This document shows, piece by piece, positions 57,765 through 64,000 of a stretch of DNA of 64,000 nt. The notes below the pieces were generated by a model. The model was not told where the DNA came from. It saw only the letters and a list, made by a program, of their open reading frames with translations, and searched no databases. The stretch is from Eledone cirrhosa (Eukaryota). Both the position numbers and the translations under genes were made by a program. The stretch lies in the NCBI GenBank assembly GCA_964016885.1, contig OZ024741.1, positions 286,750,001-286,814,000 of the forward strand, read 5' to 3'. Position 1 is the first letter of the stretch, and every line of letters begins with the position of its first letter.

Positions 57765-58140
57765 TGGCTTGGCATATGAAGATGCAAGTTTTTGTCCCAT
57801 AGCGGTTCCTGGGTTTTGTCGGTAGGATGTTTCATAGAATACCACCACAAACTAAAAACCATCTATAATGAATGTTCTATCAATACGGTCTAGTAGGTCA
57901 TAAGGTAATAAATATAACCTCCATTTAGTACCATCGATTCTGTAATCATGTGATATGTTGTTATATAACTTCACGACATCCAATGAAACAATATAGGGGT
58001 TTTCGTTTGCCTTATCTGGCAGATGGTTAAGTATATCTCGATAATTTTGTTTTAAGCTCCAGATGTATTTGAAGATAGGCTTCACTAACATGTCTAGGAA
58101 TTTATTTAGGTAACGAGTCTTGCAAATCGGGGCTGTTATA
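57765..58140 (-). pseudogene. Penelope-like element RT fragment
   Basis: IVSLDVVKLYNNISHD and, downstream, PGTAMGQKLASSYA match PLE RT motifs (D..SLY.NI; GTAMG...APSYA). Confidence 0.8.
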
Positions 58141-59443
58141 ATGTTTTAATTTAAAAGGGTTATTCACACAATTAGTTATCACTTTTTCACAAATTAGTTC
58201 AACATTGTGTATTTTAGGTACTCCTTATATGCAACTCGTTTAACATTTAACATTTTTGTGATAATCTAATTCATTATCGATTAGACGATCACAGCACCGA
58301 TTTGTGTCCTTGAGCAAAACACATGTTATGTTGCTCTAGCTTACTCAGCTGGCAAAAAGAAGGTGTACTTGTGGATCACAAAAGCAAGCCTTGCCATACA
58401 CTACGTCACGCCGAATCTCTACGTTAAAGCTACACATATCTAGGGAATTCTCAATCACATGTACATTAATTTCATGAACAGGCTGTTCCATGATTCCCAA
58501 AACTGGAAAACTTTACATCAGAACGACGACAGAGGTCAAACACACAGAGCTCACTGCTTGCCACAGGAGAAAGATGTAAACACTTTTCCACTGGAAGCCT
58601 AAAACCTACGGATAACACTTCAGGGTGAGGCAGGGTGTGGCTGCCTTATCATTTGGTGCGTGGTACTTAGATTCCTTTTCACGGATTCGTGATTGATGCC
58701 TCATTGAGCAGGATTAGAGAAAAACCCATCGTTGTCTCAGATGGGTTTCAGTCTCTTTCTTGTTCCTGCTCAAGTTCAGTGTTCTCTCTTCACTATTTCT
58801 GGAAATATTGGCGGAAAAAAATCATCTTCCCGTAACTGGTGAAGCCAGATATTGGGGAAACCGCACTAGATATTTTGGAAATCAGAAGTCACCACTTGTT
58901 TCTATGCTCTTTCATGTACAAAAGGGGTCACACTTTTGTGAACTGTCCAGTCCTGAACGCTGCTAAACCAGCTCTGACAATCAGTAGTCACCACTGGCCT
59001 CAGTCCTTCACCATGTACAGAGGATTCGCAGTGTTGTGACAGACCATGATTTTCTTAGTCTATCTCTTCTTTACCCTCCCTACAACGGTTACCTGGACAA
59101 TGCACAGTTGAAGTAGGGCAACGTAGAGGCAGATGTCAAAAAATATTTGTCTGCAAAATTAATGGAATGTTTATCGGATGAGTAACGAGAATGGCAATGT
59201 TGGATAATAACATCATAATATGACATAAATTGTTGTTGAAGTAAAGTTGGTAGAATAGTAATAATAATATGAGAAATGATATGAGTTTAGAAGCCATTTA
59301 GATAAAACAGAAGATAAAGAAACGAGTGCAATATAGATGTTATTTCGTACTCATCAATGTTGCCAATGTTACAACTATATATATATTATTAATGTTGCCA
59401 GTGATACTATTGTGTAGGTTTATAAGTGTTCCTAATAATAGTG

Positions 59444-59532
<89 letters not shown>

Positions 59533-59922
59533 TTTTGGTCTTTGTATTTATTATTACTATATATATATGTAAGTATGTATACATTTGTATTGATGCTCCG
59601 AGATAGCGATATAAGAATAAATGTACGTATTTACGTATTGTATATTGAATAAAATACAGGATGTTTATGAAAAACATGTTGAGGCCTTTCGCCTTTTACA
59701 CAAACATCCTGTATAGTATTCAATATATATATATATATATACTTAATACATTAACAGAGAAAGCTTTTAGCGATACTCCGACCAACTCCCATCTCACTCA
59801 ACAAACATTAGGATATACCTGAGTATAATCCTAATTATACGTTTGGGGTGCTAACTATATTGTATTTCGTGGATAGTCGGCTGTATTATTTTATATAAGA
59901 CATAATTAAATAAATCTCTCTT

Positions 59923-60044
59923 TCCATACGATCGTTTCGTTATAAGATTTCTACAAGGTGGGAAAATAATGTCCAAGTTATGTAGAAGCTTGCATATAAT
60001 CCATAGATATCCATGCAAGAGGGCTCTTATAATTCATCAGTGGA
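59923..60044 (-). ncRNA. Type I hammerhead with branched helix II
   Basis: Minus strand: TCCA-CTGATGA-a-TTATAAGA...TCTTATAA-c-GAAA-CGATCG-TA|TGGA. Palindromic helix III ACGATCGT; two 7-bp sub-hairpins inside helix II. Confidence 0.68.
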
Positions 60045-60429
60045 TGCCCTGGTAATATCCCAAATGAGAAGGGGAGGTCATCGTAAAACATAAAATAATA
60101 TACACGCAGGTCGTTGAACCCTATTAGGAATTCTAACCACGTGTGAAGAACTCAACTGGATATTAAAAAAAATAAATCTATGTACATATTATTTATATAT
60201 ACATAGAGGTATTTTCTCATGCAAAATAACAGACATGAGATACAGGAAGAAACAATCAATATTTCATATAAAGAATAAATAAAGATAGTCATACCTAAAT
60301 ATCTGGAATTTTCATATCTGGCCATCCAAGAGTATATATATATTTATATATATTTATATTTATATAGTAATAAGAAATACAAAGACCAAAAATAATATAA
60401 TCAGAAACACACATTACAAAATGACCAAG

Positions 60430-60660
60430 TATAGTAGGTTTTGCTCAATGAATAGTTCAGAGCATTATATATTCATAAGGTGGGAGACGTTACCAAAATA
60501 TGTTAAGAGAAATATAAACCTATACTCACAATTTGAAATTGCAGTAAGGGAATTGCAATGTGAGTATAACTTTATCCTTCTCTGAATATATTTTGCTAAT
60601 GTCTCCCTCCTTATGAGTATATACTACTCTGAACTATTCATTGAGGCAACCCTGATACTA
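60430..60660. repeat. Decayed ~100-bp-arm inverted repeat
   Basis: CTCAATGAATAGTTCAGAG / CTCTGAACTATTCATTGAG and TATACTCACA / TGTGAGTATA. Confidence 0.7.
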
Positions 60661-60789
60661 TTTTTTATCTATATATCTGATTATTTTATACTCCCTTTCA
60701 GTTGTTAGAACCTACAGACTATTTGGTGAGCTATTATTAGCGCTCATTCGAATCTGTCGTTCGTCCACCTGTTGCCTTTTAACCCTGGC

Positions 60790-61080
60790 TTTAATGCTTG
60801 ATATAGTAGCACAAGGGTCTTAACGTTTTGGACACTACTCCTTTATTTGAAGATAGAATGAAAACTAAAATAAGAAATAGAAAGATAGAGGAGAGTGATA
60901 AAAGAAAGAAACAGAAATAAAGTTTTTTTAAGAAAAAGCACGTGTGTGTTTCGTTAGCCATTATTCCCACGCTTCTCTAAATTCCTATTTCTTCTTTTAT
61001 TTTCTCATTTTGTTTTCTGATGAAGGACTAGCGTCTGAAACGTTAAGAATCTTTTCCTACTATATCAAGCGTTAAACTAA
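60790..61080. mobile_element. Decayed fold-back PLE terminus with minimal hammerhead (61013-61049, +)
   Basis: Inverted arms ~60790-60900 / ~60973-61075; CTGATGA(61017-61023)-AGGA-ctagcg-TCT-GAAACGTT. Confidence 0.55.
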
Positions 61081-61591
61081 TATATATCTTCATTGTACCG
61101 TATTGTTTGCTTCGTTTGTTCCGTTTACCTTCCGCATGCACACACACACACATACATATCTCAACGCTTACGATCCCCAAATTTGTTGGATTTCTTTCTT
61201 GCAACTTCATCTTGGAACTAGATTTTATCTGGACTGTACATTAACTACCTGGATACGGATCACTGAAACTTTTTCATATATATATATATAGTTAATAAAC
61301 AAACAAACAAACAAACACAGGAATGTAAACATACACAGTTATAATAGATTCACGCTTGAAACAAGTTCAGGAGGGTTCAATGTTTCCAACAAAAATCCTT
61401 CATCAGGAAAGTTCGAATAAGAAGAGAACAGGTAGATGTATAAGTAGTGTGTGAAGGTGAGGAAAAGAGGATTGGGAGGAGAAAGATAGGTAGGGAGAAG
61501 TAGGCGAAAGGTATGGCCGGGGTGCGCAAAGTATAGGGGTGTCATAGGTGTTGTTAGGTGTGTGTGACGAAGGGAAGAAATTGTATATATA

Positions 61592-61640
<49 letters not shown>

Positions 61641-62427
61641 TACATATATATAATGTAATGTAATGTTTTGCATATTTGGGGTTTTGGGTCACTGGTTGTG
61701 TTGAAGATTCGTTTCAGAATGGAATTCAAGTTATCCTAGTATTTTAGCTTAATTGACTGAGCATCAACCACCAGAGAAGTTGTTTTATCTTTCGTAAATA
61801 AAGTAATAAAGGCAAAGTAAAAACGCTGGTAAACTATTTATCTGATGAAATAATCTCAGTTTTTACCCTTGATGGGTTCTCTTCTTACAATCATGTCGTT
61901 CGTATCCAACCCCTCCCCGTTAAAATAAACTGGATAGTTTCGATGCGAAGAATAAATTGATGTATTTTTTTCTCTGATAACCTCTTCTTCCCTTGTACGT
62001 AAAAAAAAATGTAGCTTTTTTTCCGCTCACATCTTATTGATGCAATTGAGGTAGAAAAAATGTTAATTTGATGAAAAAGATTGTTTGATGTGAGAAAACA
62101 CCCCACTATATTTCCAAGATGGAGTTCAGATACGTTCTGCTAGGGTATGTCTTACCGTAACGAAGACCACTTCAAAGAAACATAACAACAGACTATTCCC
62201 AGCTAAATTTGTGCTAACAGCTTAGTTTAGAAGAAACCTGTAATGCTGAGAAGAGATATAAATTTCAGAAAATGATTTTTCCAATTCTCAACAGATTTGT
62301 ATACAATTCATATATGTAAGATATACCTGTAATAATATATAAACATAAAACTCACAAAACAAACATACAAATAAACAAGATTATTCATCTTTATATTTCT
62401 TGAATTCTATGCATTACAATTATAAAA

Positions 62428-62458
<31 letters not shown>

Positions 62459-62496
62459 GGTCTTCTTCTTCTTCTTCTTCTTCTTCTTTCTAAGAA

Positions 62497-62670
62497 AGTC
62501 ATAGGAGCAGAGTCCTCAAACACTCTGCCAGAATTAGACATCGTTCTAGTGAGAAGCGAAACACTCCAGCAAATAAGGAGGACCGGAGGGAGATTTGGTC
62601 TGGAATCAGCGTGGAAATACTTCTCCAGATCAAACCAGAAACGACTGACAATATCTCAGACCTCATATGA
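62497..62670 (-). pseudogene. RTE 3'-end fragment
   Basis: Shares GAGGACTCTGCTCC.ATGA with 20150-20375; followed by (GAA)n/(CAA)n on the minus strand. Confidence 0.55.
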
Positions 62671-62950
62671 CTTCCAACATAGCGTGAGTAGATGGCTATA
62701 GCTATGGAGTCCTCAACTAAGCATTCCTTGAGTTTCTTGTCCCACCACACCATGAACAGATTGGCCACATTGCCAGCGATGCTGACGCCGGCCACTCTCC
62801 TCTTTTCTTGGCAATATGTTTTATTATTGACCTTACACACATGGCTCTTTAGGGTCATTTTAATACTCGTTCCCACCGCATGCGCGATCATTCTTCTCAT
62901 TTGGTCGTGGTTTTCGGGTGAGGTGTGGCTCTGGTCCACTCGCTCCATCT
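62671..62950 (-). pseudogene. Penelope-like RT fragment of a second clade
   Basis: KTYCQ...AGVSIAGNVANLFMVWWDKKL...IYSRYV(G) resembles PLE RT motifs B'/C (RYVDD truncated). Confidence 0.65.
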
Positions 62951-63057
62951 TTCCATGGAGGTCATTTTGGCTATCGTGTTGGTAATTAATTATGATATAC
63001 CTATAGAAATTTGCTAGCAGCTGAAGTATATGATAACATTATATGTGTATATATAAG

Positions 63058-63277
63058 GGCGGTGGATTGGCAGTATCGGTAGAGGGTCGGACACCATGCT
63101 TTGCAGCATAGAGTTACGGCTCTTTATGATCTGAGTTCAAATCCCGCCGAGGTTAACTTTGCCTTTCATCCTTACGGGGTCGATAAAATAAAGTACCAGT
63201 CACGCACTGGGGTCGATTTAATCGACTTTCCTCTCCCCCCAAATTGCTGGCCTTGTGCCTATATAAGAAACCATTAT
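63058..63277 (+). mobile_element. SINE family A, full length
   Basis: Cleanest copy in the window: GGCGGTGGATTGGCAGTATCGG...GAGTTCAAATCCC...GGCCTTGTGCCTATATAAGAAACCATTA. Confidence 0.9.
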
Positions 63278-63400
63278 ATGTGTATATATACAAAGTGTGT
63301 AACCGAGAATGCGCCAATATGTATAAATAGATATATACACATATCTAATATGTAGGCATGTAAACATTCCGGAAAATACAAATTTCCTTGTAAGTTGAAA

Positions 63401-63449
63401 ACACCTTTAATCGATTTTCGGATCTTTTTGGACCCTCATCAGAAGGCAT
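63401..63449 (-). ncRNA. Canonical-core minimal type I hammerhead
   Basis: Minus strand: ATGCCTT-CTGATGA-GGGTC-caaaaa-GATCC-GAAA-ATCGAT-TA|AAGGTGT. Palindromic helix III AATCGATT, UUA triplet. Confidence 0.8.
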
Positions 63450-64000
63450 GTATATCATCCAGTCAGTCACAAGGTAACACGTATTTGATGGCTATATATA
63501 CTCATTCGCTCTTAGTATTAACATCAAATATATGTATATATATATATATATACAAATACACACACACACACAGACACAGATAGACAGAAACACACTCACA
63601 CACACACACAGATAGACATACACACAGTAACTATTTGTTTCTATTAGTTTCCGCTCTTTCCAAATGTCCCCTCCTCATTTCCTACATCTACGCCTACACT
63701 GTACCTTTTTTAGTGTTATAGTCTCTTGTGTTTTTTGTTTCTATCGTTTGTTAATTTGTTTAGACAGAGCACGTGTGATCTGTCAACACACATGGCCAGG
63801 TAAGGGTGAGTTACACCAATGACACCTGTCAAATTCTAGCCAGGTGAAACGGATATCCCCAAACTAAATGACAACTTACAGCGGGAGGTGGAGGGTCTTA
63901 CAGTAGTAACAGAGATACGAGGATGCGGTAGAGGCAATATATGCAGAGTGGCTTTAACCCCCCCCCCCCCCCCCCATCTAGACTCAAAAGTTTACCATAA

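Noticed and set aside
62499-62948. 149-aa ORF as a single protein
   Set aside because: Chimeric read-through of a PLE RT fragment into an out-of-frame RTE 3' fragment.

Overview
Eukaryotic, AT-rich, repeat-dominated DNA with no prokaryotic features. Its repeat content (tRNA-derived SINEs, RTE/CRE LINEs, Penelope-like elements [PLEs], very long (TA)n arrays) looks like an octopus/cephalopod genome; this is an inference. Nearly all ORFs in the track are (TA)n/(CA)n translation artefacts (YI/HT/CV repeats). Real coding remnants are a near full-length RTE LINE (40702-43932, minus), a 5'-truncated RTE, a CRE-like endonuclease fragment, two PLE reverse-transcriptase fragments and one candidate 102-nt host exon. 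About 10 kb is duplicated across a 200-N gap, most likely uncollapsed haplotypes. The main signal the ORF track misses is a dense set of type I hammerhead ribozyme motifs, folded by eye: about 8 near-complete plus several degenerate, in several unrelated sequence families. Most sit in short unique islands or fold-back palindromes embedded in TA/CA microsatellites. One family shows helix I covariation and element 5' ends clustered at the ribozyme. Hammerheads in PLEs are established knowledge. The non-canonical variants (U.U at the base of helix II, branched helix II), the sense/antisense ribozyme hairpins and the strand link with microsatellite polarity are the points worth testing. No activity or database search was run.
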